In this document: one piece after another, positions 9,288 through 18,640 of the stretch | How the letters are laid out: every line of letters starts with the position of its first letter | Numbering within the stretch: position 1 is the stretch's first letter | Notes under the pieces: generated by a model | What the model was told of the DNA's origin: nothing | The model's input: only the letters and a program-made list of their open reading frames with translations | The model's database searches: none | From: a virus | Lineage: Duplodnaviria > Caudoviricetes | DNA length: 33,475 nt | Virus record (IMG/VR): IMGVR_UViG_3300032040_000036 | Span: 1-33,475 of that record | Strand: one strand, 5' to 3' | Position numbers and translations under genes: made by a program

Positions 9288-11282
9288 TTACCTGCGCTTC
9301 AAGTTGGCTTTGCGAACAGCGTTGGCCAGGTCAGCAATAGTGTCTGCCTGGCCGCTAAGAGAATAATTCTGCCCATCAAGCGACAGGTTCAATGTCGAGC
9401 CGTTGCCGCCTGCTGCCGATACGCTGCCGACCATGCCGCCGTCTGCGAACTTCGGCACGCGCATCCCGTTGAGATTGTCGAACATGTGTGCGCCATACTT
9501 GCGCACCGCAGCGGCCTTGATGACGTACTCGCCATTAGATAGGCGGGCCATGATGCTGTCGCTGGTGCCGGTGCCTGGGCCGTTTACTCGGCCACCGGTT
9601 GCGAGCTTCTGAACAGGCGCAGACGCGGTTGCCAGTTGTGCCTGGATAGAAATAGGCTGGCCCAGCAACTTCCGCAGCTCTTCCATCTGCGTGATGATTT
9701 TCTGCTTCTCTGTTTCGGCCAGCTCCAGCTTGATGTCAAACTCTGTGAGCGCGGCAATCTTGGCATTCAGCACCTCAACCTGAGTGCCGATTGCTGCCAG
9801 CTTTTCCTCGGCATTGGTGCGCTCAAGGTCATTGGCTGCCAGCTCTATCGACTTCAGTTCATTTGCGAAGCCTTCAAATCCATAGGTGTTCTCGCCGGCA
9901 GCAGCCAGATCGGACAGCATCTTGAGCGCGGCCTCTGCGGACTTCTGCGCGCCCTCGACATCGCCTTGCCTTAATCGTTGCTGAGCATCCAGTTTGAGAT
10001 CCTGGGCGTTCGCGTATGACGGACCGCCAGGGCCACCGCTGAAGCCAGCTATTGCCTCGGCGTACTTCTGCTCAATGTCCAGCCGGTCTTTGCGTAGATC
10101 CTCAATTTCCTTTTGCGCTTTCTTTTCTTCGCTAATCAGTTCACGCAGCGCGGATTTGGCAATGCTAAGCGTGTCGTTATAGGACTTGGCAAATGCCTTG
10201 TTGCCTTCAATGGCAGCGGCTTTTGCGGCCTGCTCTGCTTCTCGAAAGTCGCCCACTACCTTAGCTGCTGCCGCGCCTTCTTCTGCTAGCTCACCACTCC
10301 ATAGCTTCTTGATCCTGGTGGCCGTATCTTTTGCAGATTTTTCAGTTTCGAGCCCGTAATCCTTGAATATCTGCGCAGCTTCGTCAAAGTCCCCGGTTGC
10401 CGCAGCTAGAGCCGCCTTTCCTGTAGCAATTATCAACCCACCAACAGCGCCAAGAGCTGTCAGAAAAACCATTATCTCTGTCGCAACTATGCGAAAAGAA
10501 AAACCCAATGCCTTAGCGAAATATCCGGCGCTCTCTCCATTTTCTCCCAGGCTAAGCAATAGCCCGCTCATCTCATTCAGGACCGGCAACAGCTCTGCTG
10601 CAACAGTGTTTGCCGCACCTTTTGATACACCTTCCAACGCCGCCAGCGTGTCGTTAAAGCGTTCTGATGCGATAGCCTGCTCGTCAGTGATTACCAGCCC
10701 TAATCTCTCAGCCTGATCAGTAAGGGCCTTTATTCCTTCGGCTCCACCATTCAGAAGCGGAATCAGCTTGGCGCCCGATCGTCCCAGCAGCTCAACGGCC
10801 GCCGCAGTCTTGGCCACGCCATCAGGCATAGCCTGGAACGTGTCAGCCAGGTCGGAAAGTACAGAATCAGCAGATCGTAGATTGCCCTCTGAATCTCGCA
10901 CGGATACGCCAAGCTGCTGAAAGACCTCGGCAGGACGCCCCCCAATGTTGGCTGCGTCAGACATGGATCTACTAAGCCTGGTGATCGCGCCGGAAAGGTC
11001 TGTAACTGATACGCCAGACTGCCCAGCCGCGAACTGCAGGCCAGTGAATGCTTCGGTCGTCAGGCCGGCAGACTGCGCCAGCTTGCGGGCCTCATCGGCA
11101 GCATCGATGCTGTTTTTTACCCAGTTGCCAATAGCGACAACAGAGAAGGCACCAAGCAAGGCCGCGCCGGCTTTCTTTGCGGCAGAGCTTATGCCCCCAA
11201 GTTGCTTCTCGGCCTGATTGAATGCCTTGCTGGCGTTGTTCTTACCCTCGACGACCAGCTGCGTTTTGATTTGCCTAGCCAT
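9288..11282 (-). CDS. Tail tape measure protein
   Basis: Ala-rich helical 664 aa; LLGRSGAKLIPLLNGG and GPGTGTSDSIMARLSNGEYV motifs. Confidence 0.93.
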   Translation of the reverse strand: MARQIKTQLVVEGKNNASKAFNQAEKQLGGISSAAKKAGAALLGAFSVVAIGNWVKNSIDAADEARKLAQSAGLTTEAFTGLQFAAGQSGVSVTDLSGAITRLSRSMSDAANIGGRPAEVFQQLGVSVRDSEGNLRSADSVLSDLADTFQAMPDGVAKTAAAVELLGRSGAKLIPLLNGGAEGIKALTDQAERLGLVITDEQAIASERFNDTLAALEGVSKGAANTVAAELLPVLNEMSGLLLSLGENGESAGYFAKALGFSFRIVATEIMVFLTALGAVGGLIIATGKAALAAATGDFDEAAQIFKDYGLETEKSAKDTATRIKKLWSGELAEEGAAAAKVVGDFREAEQAAKAAAIEGNKAFAKSYNDTLSIAKSALRELISEEKKAQKEIEDLRKDRLDIEQKYAEAIAGFSGGPGGPSYANAQDLKLDAQQRLRQGDVEGAQKSAEAALKMLSDLAAAGENTYGFEGFANELKSIELAANDLERTNAEEKLAAIGTQVEVLNAKIAALTEFDIKLELAETEKQKIITQMEELRKLLGQPISIQAQLATASAPVQKLATGGRVNGPGTGTSDSIMARLSNGEYVIKAAAVRKYGAHMFDNLNGMRVPKFADGGMVGSVSAAGGNGSTLNLSLDGQNYSLSGQADTIADLANAVRKANLKRR

Positions 11283-11520
11283 CGAGTTGCCTCATCATTT
11301 TTTCAAAGTCTTGCTGTTTGGCGTTTGCCGAGCGCGCTGCTATCGCCATGTGCTTTAGCGCCTGCTTGTCTCGCGCTGCGACCTCATTGGCGAACAACTG
11401 CATCTGCGGCAAGGTGTACTGCTTAACATCGTCAAGCCTGTGGCCAGCGCTGATTAGCTGCTGAACTACTGCGCCCCAGCCAGCGCCTTCTCCGCGCTTA
11501 CCAGGGCTTGCTCGAAAAAA
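11275..11520 (-). CDS. Tail assembly chaperone GT extension reached by a -1 frameshift
   Basis: Slippery T-TTT-TTC at 11514-11520; the -1 frame is open to TAG at 11275-11277 (..GWGAVVQQLISAGHRLDDVKQYTLPQ..RQLDG). Confidence 0.8.
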   Translation of the reverse strand, partial: FFRASPGKRGEGAGWGAVVQQLISAGHRLDDVKQYTLPQMQLFANEVAARDKQALKHMAIAARSANAKQQDFEKMMRQLDG

Positions 11521-11813
11521 TCCTTATTGATTCGGATCACCTCAAACATCAGCTGAACCGCAACCACGGCAGGAAGGCGCTTGATGCGCCACTTGCTTAG
11601 ACTGGTGCAGGGAACAAGGATGTCGAGCAGGACTCCTGACTTGCTGGCATAAACGTATAGCTGCTCAACCGTCTGACTTGCTGCCATAGCGATGGCATTG
11701 CCAGCAGCCTTGCCGAAGCTTTCAAAGTGCGCGAAACGAACGGGCTTTACCTCGACCTTTTTAGCGCCTATCAAAACGAATTCGCGGGCTGGAAATAGAA
11801 TTTCATGGTGCAT
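11466..11813 (-). CDS. Tail assembly chaperone (gpG analogue)
   Basis: Lies between the major tail and tape measure genes; GGAG RBS before MHHEILFP; ends with a slippery site. Confidence 0.8.
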   Translation of the reverse strand: MHHEILFPAREFVLIGAKKVEVKPVRFAHFESFGKAAGNAIAMAASQTVEQLYVYASKSGVLLDILVPCTSLSKWRIKRLPAVVAVQLMFEVIRINKDFFEQALVSAEKALAGAQ

Positions 11814-11831
11814 TTGACTTTCTCCGGACAT

Positions 11832-11855
11832 AAAAAAACCCGCCTAAGCGGGTTT
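11832..11855 (-). terminator. Intrinsic terminator after the moron pair
   Basis: ACCCGC-TTAG-GCGGGT followed by a T run on the minus strand. Confidence 0.8.
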
Positions 11856-11872
11856 ATTATTATTAAAGCGCG

Positions 11873-12598
11873 CTAACTCCTGTTGTTAACGCACTCTAGA
11901 TAGACATCGTTTTTGAAATCCTCAACCTCCATTCGCTGCATCTCATCGCCACGATACCGCGGCTTTTCATATGCATTAACCACAATATGATTTAACAGCT
12001 CACTGGCTCCATCGCCCATGGCAGTAGACATTGAGACGCCACCCTGGCGCCCGATCATAATAACTTCGGCAAAGCTTTCGAAGTTTTTACAGGTATTTAA
12101 TACTTCTTGCCTTTTGGGCTTAATTTCGGGGAGCGATGTATCGGACTCAGCATCTAGCGATTTGGCTGCAGGCTCGTCCGAGTAAAGACTGGTTCGCTCT
12201 GAAAAGTTTTTGTACCCGGAAAAAGCTCCACCGAGAACGGAAACAAGCATCGTGAGTATCACTACCGCTAAAGCAAGGGCCGGCAATGCCGCAAGTATCA
12301 ACTTTGTCATCAGCCAGATAAGGCTACCAAAAGGTATCTTGATGTTGGTGATTACCGTTTCAGAAGCAGAGGTCAGCTCAGCCTCTGCACGCCTGGCTCT
12401 TCCTGCTCTAACCGACTCCTTGGCGTTCTTTGCGTGCATAGACATCTGATCTAGCACGGACGGACCGTAGTTAATACCAGACCGATTTTCTTGCTGTGCT
12501 TTAACTTTGGCATAAACGACGCCGCAGCTAGGACAGATATTCGGGCTATTCGTCTGCTCAGCCATCGTCGGCTCATAATTACACTTTGGACAGTTCAT
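11873..12598 (-). CDS. Moron: Zn-ribbon inner-membrane protein
   Basis: N-terminal CPKC...CPSC, long hydrophobic segment, C-terminal domain with two Cys; own RBS and -10; AT-richer than flanks. Confidence 0.8.
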   Translation of the reverse strand: MNCPKCNYEPTMAEQTNSPNICPSCGVVYAKVKAQQENRSGINYGPSVLDQMSMHAKNAKESVRAGRARRAEAELTSASETVITNIKIPFGSLIWLMTKLILAALPALALAVVILTMLVSVLGGAFSGYKNFSERTSLYSDEPAAKSLDAESDTSLPEIKPKRQEVLNTCKNFESFAEVIMIGRQGGVSMSTAMGDGASELLNHIVVNAYEKPRYRGDEMQRMEVEDFKNDVYLECVNNRS

Positions 12599-12603
12599 AC
12601 ATT

Positions 12604-12635
12604 CCTCCCTGATAGATAAAGAGGAATGTAGCACA
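12604..12635 (-). promoter_or_regulatory. Moron leader copy 1: extended -10 promoter plus RBS
   Basis: TGTG-C-TACATT ... TCTATCAGGGAGG. Confidence 0.7.
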
Positions 12636-12642
12636 TCAAAAA

Positions 12643-13146
12643 CTATCCACCATACGTGCCGGTTACAGATCTAACGCAGCCGTTTTGAGTATAAAAGTAC
12701 GAGGGCCCATCTTTTTCCCAATGGTAGGCGTGCTGCGATCCATTGACCCTGCTTGGCGGGCCCCAAGAGCGAACCGCGTCGCTCTTCGTCATCCCCGCTA
12801 CAACTTGCCGCCTGACAATAAGCGTTCGCAAAGTGGTACTGCTGAAGTCCCTGCACGGCGCTTTAGCAAATTGTTGCTGCGCAGCATCGTAGCGTCTTTC
12901 AATCGCTCTTCGCTCGCCACGAATTCGCCGCAAGTCTTGCTCTACTCGAAGCTCTTCTGAAGGCGCAAACGACCCCCCAATTACTTGGGCCTTAACCTCT
13001 ATTTTCTCTTCCTGAGCAGCTGCATCACAGGGCCTGTCCGAGAATTGGACCTGCCCGTTCGGAAGCAGGCATTTGAATACGTTAGCCGAAAATGCTTGGC
13101 TCGAAGATAGAGCAATTAAGAGTGCTACGAAGTAAAACAAGGGCAT
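12643..13146 (-). CDS. Moron: exported DUF4124-like protein
   Basis: Signal peptide ending AFSA; VFKC...GQVQFSDRPC motif; C-terminal GMTKSDAVRSWGPP (SmpA/BamE-like pattern). Confidence 0.8.
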   Translation of the reverse strand: MPLFYFVALLIALSSSQAFSANVFKCLLPNGQVQFSDRPCDAAAQEEKIEVKAQVIGGSFAPSEELRVEQDLRRIRGERRAIERRYDAAQQQFAKAPCRDFSSTTLRTLIVRRQVVAGMTKSDAVRSWGPPSRVNGSQHAYHWEKDGPSYFYTQNGCVRSVTGTYGG

Positions 13147-13147
13147 C

Positions 13148-13179
13148 CCTCCCTGATAGACAGGAAGGAATGTAGCACA
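13148..13179 (-). promoter_or_regulatory. Moron leader copy 2: extended -10 promoter plus RBS
   Basis: 28/32 identical to 12604-12635. Confidence 0.7.
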
Positions 13180-13181
13180 AC

Positions 13182-13919
13182 TTAGTCTACGTCCTGAAGG
13201 TACAGGTACTTACTGACATCCGAGCCAACCTTGGTCGGATCTTTCTCAGCTTTGCCTGTAAACTCCATTGCGCCAAAGTCGTCACCAATCAGGCCAAGGC
13301 TTGAGGGGCTGTGGCTTATGCGGTGAACGTCGACAATCATCGGCTTGCCAGTGCGCGCCTCGTTCAGGCCAATAAACACCTGCCGGAACTTCTTGTTGCT
13401 CTGGGTCATTGCCTGAATATCGGCAAACGCGGGGTAGTCGTAGCTGATGGTGATTGCTGAATCGTCGGCAATAGTGCTTCCTTCAATTACCTCAATCCCG
13501 CCATCAGACAGCACATAATCCACATCGACCGTATAGGTCACATCGCCTGCCGCATTTTTTACCACTACCGCACTGGGCTTTGGGTAGGCCGTCTTTGCCA
13601 GCGCTCCCAGGTAAGCTGTGTGCGCTTCATCGGTCACAGTACCTGCAGCCCGGTCGGTAACCGTTGCACGCAAAGCGCGGGCAATATTGGCCTTGTTGAA
13701 GTGGTGAGCAGTGTAGGAGACGTTCATCGCAGTGATGCGCGAAATGCTCGCATCGAGCCCGCCACCGGGAGTTGTGAAATCGGTTTGCTCCAGATCGCTG
13801 AACTGCGCCTCATAGTTCAAGGACGAACAGTTGCCAATAAATATCAGCTTCTCGGGAGTGTCGATATCGGCAAGGTACATCTTGCCTGTGCCGACAAAAG
13901 CGCCTCTTGGGTCATTCAT
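13182..13919 (-). CDS. Major tail tube protein
   Basis: 245 aa; GTGKMY...FIGNCSSL N-terminus; position after the head-tail connector genes. Confidence 0.85.
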   Translation of the reverse strand: MNDPRGAFVGTGKMYLADIDTPEKLIFIGNCSSLNYEAQFSDLEQTDFTTPGGGLDASISRITAMNVSYTAHHFNKANIARALRATVTDRAAGTVTDEAHTAYLGALAKTAYPKPSAVVVKNAAGDVTYTVDVDYVLSDGGIEVIEGSTIADDSAITISYDYPAFADIQAMTQSNKKFRQVFIGLNEARTGKPMIVDVHRISHSPSSLGLIGDDFGAMEFTGKAEKDPTKVGSDVSKYLYLQDVD

Positions 13920-13939
13920 TGCGGGTTTCCTCTGGACAT

Positions 13940-13960
13940 AAAAAACCCGCCGAAGCGGGT
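13940..13960 (-). terminator. Terminator-like hairpin upstream of the major tail gene
   Basis: ACCCGC-TTCG-GCGGGT followed by a T run. Confidence 0.7.
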
Positions 13961-13983
13961 CTGTGTGGGTTCTTCAAGGGCTG

Positions 13984-14439
13984 TTACGGCCCGATGATTA
14001 AGCTCAGTTCGACGGGGATCAGGACCGTTGCGGCCTTCTCTCCGTTTCCTGGGGGTACCTGCTCTGGCGTGCCTATGTTTATCTTGGTTGAGCCTCTCGG
14101 CGCCCAAGCGATAGACCGGCCAACATTCGGCATAAGGGTCATTAGAATGTCGTGCTCGATGTCATCCAGCGCGTCTTCATACCCATCAATACCCGCGTCA
14201 ACTGATCCAAAGACGAAGAACGCCCGTGACAGCTTTAGCTGCGTTGGGCCATGTTCTGGCGGGCCATCCCTGCCCTTCTGGACAACGATCATCGGGTACG
14301 CGCTTTTGCTGGACTTGATCACCTCACTGAACCATCCCGATTCAACGCGGCTTCCTGCCGATGTGAGATAACCATTGGCCGGGCTGATTTCGCCCAGCCT
14401 GGTAATCAGCGCGCGGCGCAATTCGCTTAACGGGTTCAT
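13984..14439 (-). CDS. Tail terminator-like protein (gpU position)
   Basis: 151 aa with ISPANGYLT motif, directly before the tail tube gene. Confidence 0.65.
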   Translation of the reverse strand: MNPLSELRRALITRLGEISPANGYLTSAGSRVESGWFSEVIKSSKSAYPMIVVQKGRDGPPEHGPTQLKLSRAFFVFGSVDAGIDGYEDALDDIEHDILMTLMPNVGRSIAWAPRGSTKINIGTPEQVPPGNGEKAATVLIPVELSLIIGP

Positions 14440-14750
14440 GTTTGCTCCATACAGGCAACGGTTATCACATGGCCGTCATTGGCGATTTCATCTTCCACAA
14501 TGAAGCGCCGGCAGTCATAAACGAAAATGCCGGTACGGCCTGCTTCACTGAGGTCTGATGCGTTGAAAGTGATACCCACCTGATCGGTTAAGTACACGCC
14601 CTCCGGGCCAGTACGCTCGATATTGAAATCGACCATGATCTGGATCGGAGGGTATGTGGTGCCGTTCCGGTCGGTGTAGGTAGCAAGGCCATCAGTGAGC
14701 GTGCGCATGGTCTTTTGGTTCATGCGGTTGCGCATGCTGGCCCAGCTCAT
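14436..14750 (-). CDS. Head-tail joining protein (gpFII-like)
   Basis: 104 aa, position after capsid and cement genes, coupled overlaps. Confidence 0.7.
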   Translation of the reverse strand: MSWASMRNRMNQKTMRTLTDGLATYTDRNGTTYPPIQIMVDFNIERTGPEGVYLTDQVGITFNASDLSEAGRTGIFVYDCRRFIVEDEIANDGHVITVACMEQT

Positions 14751-15100
14751 TACGCCGTTACCGCAAGGCCGAGCGTGCCGTTCAGGCGAACGCGGCCAAC
14801 AGCGGAGGGGTTAGCAGCTACAGCAGCAGCCACGCCCACCAAGTAATTGCCGGTGCCCGGGACAGATGTCAGAACGCTGGTGCCCGCGATGGCGTAGACC
14901 GGAAGGCCAACAGTCCAGGCTTGCGTGCTGGTCTTTGGCAGGTCGAAGACGCCGGTTGTTTTCAGCTCTACTTCCTCGCCGATGGCTGCATCAGTTGCGG
15001 CCACGCCCAGGATGCTGCCTACGCGCACCAGATCACCCGAAAGAGTGATTGCGGTGGCGATTACGGTAATCATGTCACCGTGTTGAATGAAGTTCTTCAT
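14750..15100 (-). CDS. DUF2190-family capsid cement/decoration protein
   Basis: MKNFIQHGD...GVAATDA...TTGVFDLPK...VRL signature. Confidence 0.85.
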   Translation of the reverse strand: MKNFIQHGDMITVIATAITLSGDLVRVGSILGVAATDAAIGEEVELKTTGVFDLPKTSTQAWTVGLPVYAIAGTSVLTSVPGTGNYLVGVAAAVAANPSAVGRVRLNGTLGLAVTA

Positions 15101-15161
15101 GTGTTCACCTCGAATAACGGAAGGGGGATAAGCGCCCGAAGGCGCTCAGAAAGGGTTGGTA

Positions 15162-17156
15162 TTAAGCGCCGCCGTTCTTGTAGGCGCCGCGATAATCGAT
15201 CCATGCTGCGCCAAACACCAAGCGTGCCTTGATCTCCATGCCGTCCACCTCGAAGCCTTCGCGGGTTTCGGTGAACACGCCCTGCTCGCCTTCCAGATAG
15301 GCATACTCGAAGGTGTCTACAACGCCAGGCGCGGCGTACAGATACCACTGGTTGCCCGTGATGCGCGCATCCACGATGACGGTCAGCGAAACGTTGCGCA
15401 TATCGTTGATATCCGCATTCTTGGCCGGGACGTACTGAGAGCTGGTGAACTGGAATGCTTCGAGCTCTTTGTCAGGGCCAACCACCAGATACTCGGGAGC
15501 GACGTTCAGGAAGCTGCCGCCAATGGACTTCTGCTTGCGCATAGAAGCGCGGGCAGCGCCCAGGGTTGTGGTGTTGATTGCGCCACCAGAGGCAGCCAAG
15601 TTGCCGTGGCCAGCCGCGAAGACCGCGGTCCCATCGGTGAAGTTGGGGTTGCCCAGCAACAGATCCCAGACCACGTTGGATTCAGTCTGTGCGGCGGCTG
15701 CGCCCAATGCTTGGGGGATGCGGGTCATCGCGCCGAGGTCGTCATTCACAATCGACTCCCAGGTGATAGCAATGATCTTGCCGAACTTGCCAACCTTCAG
15801 CGGCGCACCTTCTTCACCAACGCTGCCGTACTTGTATTCGCCGTGCTCGTTGACCTTCTCCAGCGCGGAGATGTCGCCAAGCGCTGCGCGAGTAACGGCG
15901 CGGAAATCAGGCACGCTGGTCTGACGGCCCAGAGGGCGCCAGCTTTGCGGGGCCAGCTCGTAGGCTGAACGCAGCGAGCGGTTAACGGTCGAGCCCAACA
16001 GGATCGGGAAATCACTGGTGGTGTGCATGCCAGCTGCGCGCATGGCACTGCGATCACAACCCAAAGCAGCGCGGGCGATTTCCTGCGGAGTCATGCCGCG
16101 TGGATTACCACCGGCCATTTCCACAGAGTCGCGCGCCATGTCGATCAGACGCGATCCACGGAACTCGCGGGCGCCTTCTTCCAGCTTGACGCTGGGGTCG
16201 CAGCGATTCATCAGCGCGTTCTGCATTGCGTTGCGCTTAGCCAATTGAACGCTGGCATCAACAGTGCTGGTGACAGTGGCCTGGCTGTTGCGGGTTTCAG
16301 GCTGGGTTTCAGTCTGACGCGTGGCCAAGGCATCAATCGCCTCTGAATTTGCATCAGCGACAGAGATACCACGGGAGATCATGTCTTCTGCGGTTTTGTC
16401 ATCCAGGCCAACTTTCTTGGCCATCTGGCGGATGCTGGTACCGCGTGCGCGCTCGTCTTCCTGAGCTTGCTTGCGGATCTCGATTTGCGCTTGCTCAGTG
16501 GCCGCGCGGGCTTCATCGGTCATGGGTAGTTCCTCATTGGTGGTGGCCACGGCGGCCTGGTCTACGACAGGCTCTGCCTGACGAATCTGAAACACGGTTG
16601 GATATTGCTTGCTCTGATCTTCATCAGGGGTATTGGCGCTACGAACCTTGCCGCCATCGTCAAAGCCGATTGGCACAAGAGACAGCTCCATTGGCTCCCA
16701 ATCGATAGCGCGATAAGTGGGGTATTTTTCTTCGGCGTCTTCCATGATTTCGTAGCGATGCACGACATAGCCGACGCTGATATTGCGCAAAATGCGATCC
16801 TGCACGTCGCGCAATATATCGGCGACATCTTCGCGTTGGCTGAAGCGGATCAGGGCGCGGCCTTCGCCACCCTCAATCCATGCCTTCTCAACAACGCCGA
16901 TCACGTCGCGCAACTCCCACTGAGAGTGAGAGTTGAGGAAAGGGGCGCCGTTGTTCAGTCGCTCAAGGCGCACTGCGGTGTCGCTTACTTCCAGCTCTTC
17001 GTTATAGGTGCCGATATCAAAGGCAAAGCGCCGGCCTTTTGCGCCAGTAGTCCATGTGATCTCGACGGTTCGGTCGTCGATGTTCAGCGATTCTGGACGC
17101 ACGGCGGCGCGGAGACTGAGCATCGGCGTTTCCAGCGTTTTATCAATCGCTGTCAT
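15162..17156 (-). CDS. Prohead protease-major capsid fusion protein
   Basis: N-terminal LNSH / ISVGY / WEPMELSLVPIG protease motifs; C-terminal HTTSDFP...DDLGAM...DYRG capsid. Confidence 0.92.
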   Translation of the reverse strand: MTAIDKTLETPMLSLRAAVRPESLNIDDRTVEITWTTGAKGRRFAFDIGTYNEELEVSDTAVRLERLNNGAPFLNSHSQWELRDVIGVVEKAWIEGGEGRALIRFSQREDVADILRDVQDRILRNISVGYVVHRYEIMEDAEEKYPTYRAIDWEPMELSLVPIGFDDGGKVRSANTPDEDQSKQYPTVFQIRQAEPVVDQAAVATTNEELPMTDEARAATEQAQIEIRKQAQEDERARGTSIRQMAKKVGLDDKTAEDMISRGISVADANSEAIDALATRQTETQPETRNSQATVTSTVDASVQLAKRNAMQNALMNRCDPSVKLEEGAREFRGSRLIDMARDSVEMAGGNPRGMTPQEIARAALGCDRSAMRAAGMHTTSDFPILLGSTVNRSLRSAYELAPQSWRPLGRQTSVPDFRAVTRAALGDISALEKVNEHGEYKYGSVGEEGAPLKVGKFGKIIAITWESIVNDDLGAMTRIPQALGAAAAQTESNVVWDLLLGNPNFTDGTAVFAAGHGNLAASGGAINTTTLGAARASMRKQKSIGGSFLNVAPEYLVVGPDKELEAFQFTSSQYVPAKNADINDMRNVSLTVIVDARITGNQWYLYAAPGVVDTFEYAYLEGEQGVFTETREGFEVDGMEIKARLVFGAAWIDYRGAYKNGGA

Positions 17157-18639
17157 CGGTGGTTTCCTCTTCGGGTGCTGCAGGTTCCTGGGGCATCTGG
17201 TTAATGCCTGCCCCGGTCAGGTGGCGCGGGTCGAAGTCGAGAATCAGGCCAAGCTCATCCATCAGCTTGTTGGATGCCTGAATCTCTTTCGCATGGGCGG
17301 TCGGGTCAGTGATGCCAAGCTCGCGCAAGGCGTCCGGCCAGGTGGCCAATCCATTGCGCAACCGCTGTTTGACCGTTTCTATTTCAGACTTCGGATCGAC
17401 CATTTCACGGCGGGGCGGCACCCACTCGGCTCGCGCTTCGATGTTCGCGCCGCCCGGAGTAAGCGCGTGCGCCTCCATGAACCATTCCCAGATCGGCTCG
17501 CAGAGCTGCGGTATCATCATTCGCCACTGCCACACATCAACGCGGCGGGCAAAATGCAGCCAGCCCATGCGCCCTGATGAGAAGTTGACGCCCTTCATGT
17601 CGCCGGTCATCAGTTCATACGGGATGCCTAGACCCACAGCGATGGCGTGCAGTGCCTGCCATGAATAAGCCTGATAGCCGTTAAACGTGGGGGGAGGTGT
17701 GGATGTGGCGGTCTGGCCTATGCCTAGTTCCTGAATCAATCCAGGCTCAACCCGATCAATCAGAGGCTGGCTGGCTGCATTGACGCCCGTGTCGTCCTTG
17801 GTAATAAAGACTGCAAAGCAGGCCGCTATCTTGGCCTGCTCCATTACAGCGTCTTCCATTTCGTCAAAGTTGCGCAGGCGCTGCATGACCGGAGCCAGCC
17901 AGGTGTATCCGCGTGACTGCCCGGCCCGTTTAGGCAGGAATATGTGGGCCACGTCTGACGCGGGCACGCGGCGCGATACCATTGTGCGCATGCCGGTACT
18001 GGCGCCGGGGTGCTCATCGAACAACCAATAGGCGGTGCGATTTCCCAGCGGTCCAAACTCGACGCCCTGGATGATCAGGTTGTTGCCGTTGGTGCCGCTC
18101 TTGGCTTCATCCAGAAAGTCGGCTTCGAGCACCTGAATCTGTAACGGCACAGGCAGGCCGTCCGAAACGAACCGGCGACGGCGGCGGATCAGGCATTCGC
18201 CACTTTCTGCTGCTGCCTCAATGACCTTGTGCTGGATGCCATAGAAGTTTTCGATCCCGTCTGCATCACAGGCTCGCGTCTCGCCCCACTCTGCCCACTT
18301 GGCAGTGATGGTGGCCGCTTGCTTTTCATTCTTGGTAATAGGCCGGGGCACGATACCGGCGCCGACCACGTTGTCAGCAATCCCGCTGATAGCTCGCTCG
18401 GCATAAGGATTGTTGCGCCGCAGCTCTCTAGCGCGTGCGCGCAGGACCGCAAGGGCTGGGCCGTTCTCTGCGTTTGCATCAGAGCCAGTTGCCCGCCAGC
18501 CTTCGTTGCGGCGACCTCCGCCCGCTCCATCGAACTTGCGCTCAAGGATGCCAATAGCCGCATCGGTGCGCAGCTTCTTCAGCCGGTATTCCGCGCGCTT
18601 GGCCGCGAAGCCTGGGAACAGACTATCGATCACAGCCAT
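17143..18639 (-). CDS. Portal protein, lambda family
   Basis: LRARARELRRNNPYA, GQSRG, VNFSSGR, VDPKSE motifs. Confidence 0.95.
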   Translation of the reverse strand: MAVIDSLFPGFAAKRAEYRLKKLRTDAAIGILERKFDGAGGGRRNEGWRATGSDANAENGPALAVLRARARELRRNNPYAERAISGIADNVVGAGIVPRPITKNEKQAATITAKWAEWGETRACDADGIENFYGIQHKVIEAAAESGECLIRRRRRFVSDGLPVPLQIQVLEADFLDEAKSGTNGNNLIIQGVEFGPLGNRTAYWLFDEHPGASTGMRTMVSRRVPASDVAHIFLPKRAGQSRGYTWLAPVMQRLRNFDEMEDAVMEQAKIAACFAVFITKDDTGVNAASQPLIDRVEPGLIQELGIGQTATSTPPPTFNGYQAYSWQALHAIAVGLGIPYELMTGDMKGVNFSSGRMGWLHFARRVDVWQWRMMIPQLCEPIWEWFMEAHALTPGGANIEARAEWVPPRREMVDPKSEIETVKQRLRNGLATWPDALRELGITDPTAHAKEIQASNKLMDELGLILDFDPRHLTGAGINQMPQEPAAPEEETTDDSD

Positions 18640-18640
18640 A

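Noticed and set aside
12622-13179. CI operators in the moron leaders
   Set aside because: GTAGCA matches only one operator half; better explained by the extended -10
15129-15137. 9-nt match (TAAGCGCCC) between a loop of the kissing-loop RNA and the post-capsid hairpin as an antisense target
   Set aside because: Too short to exceed chance in 33 kb
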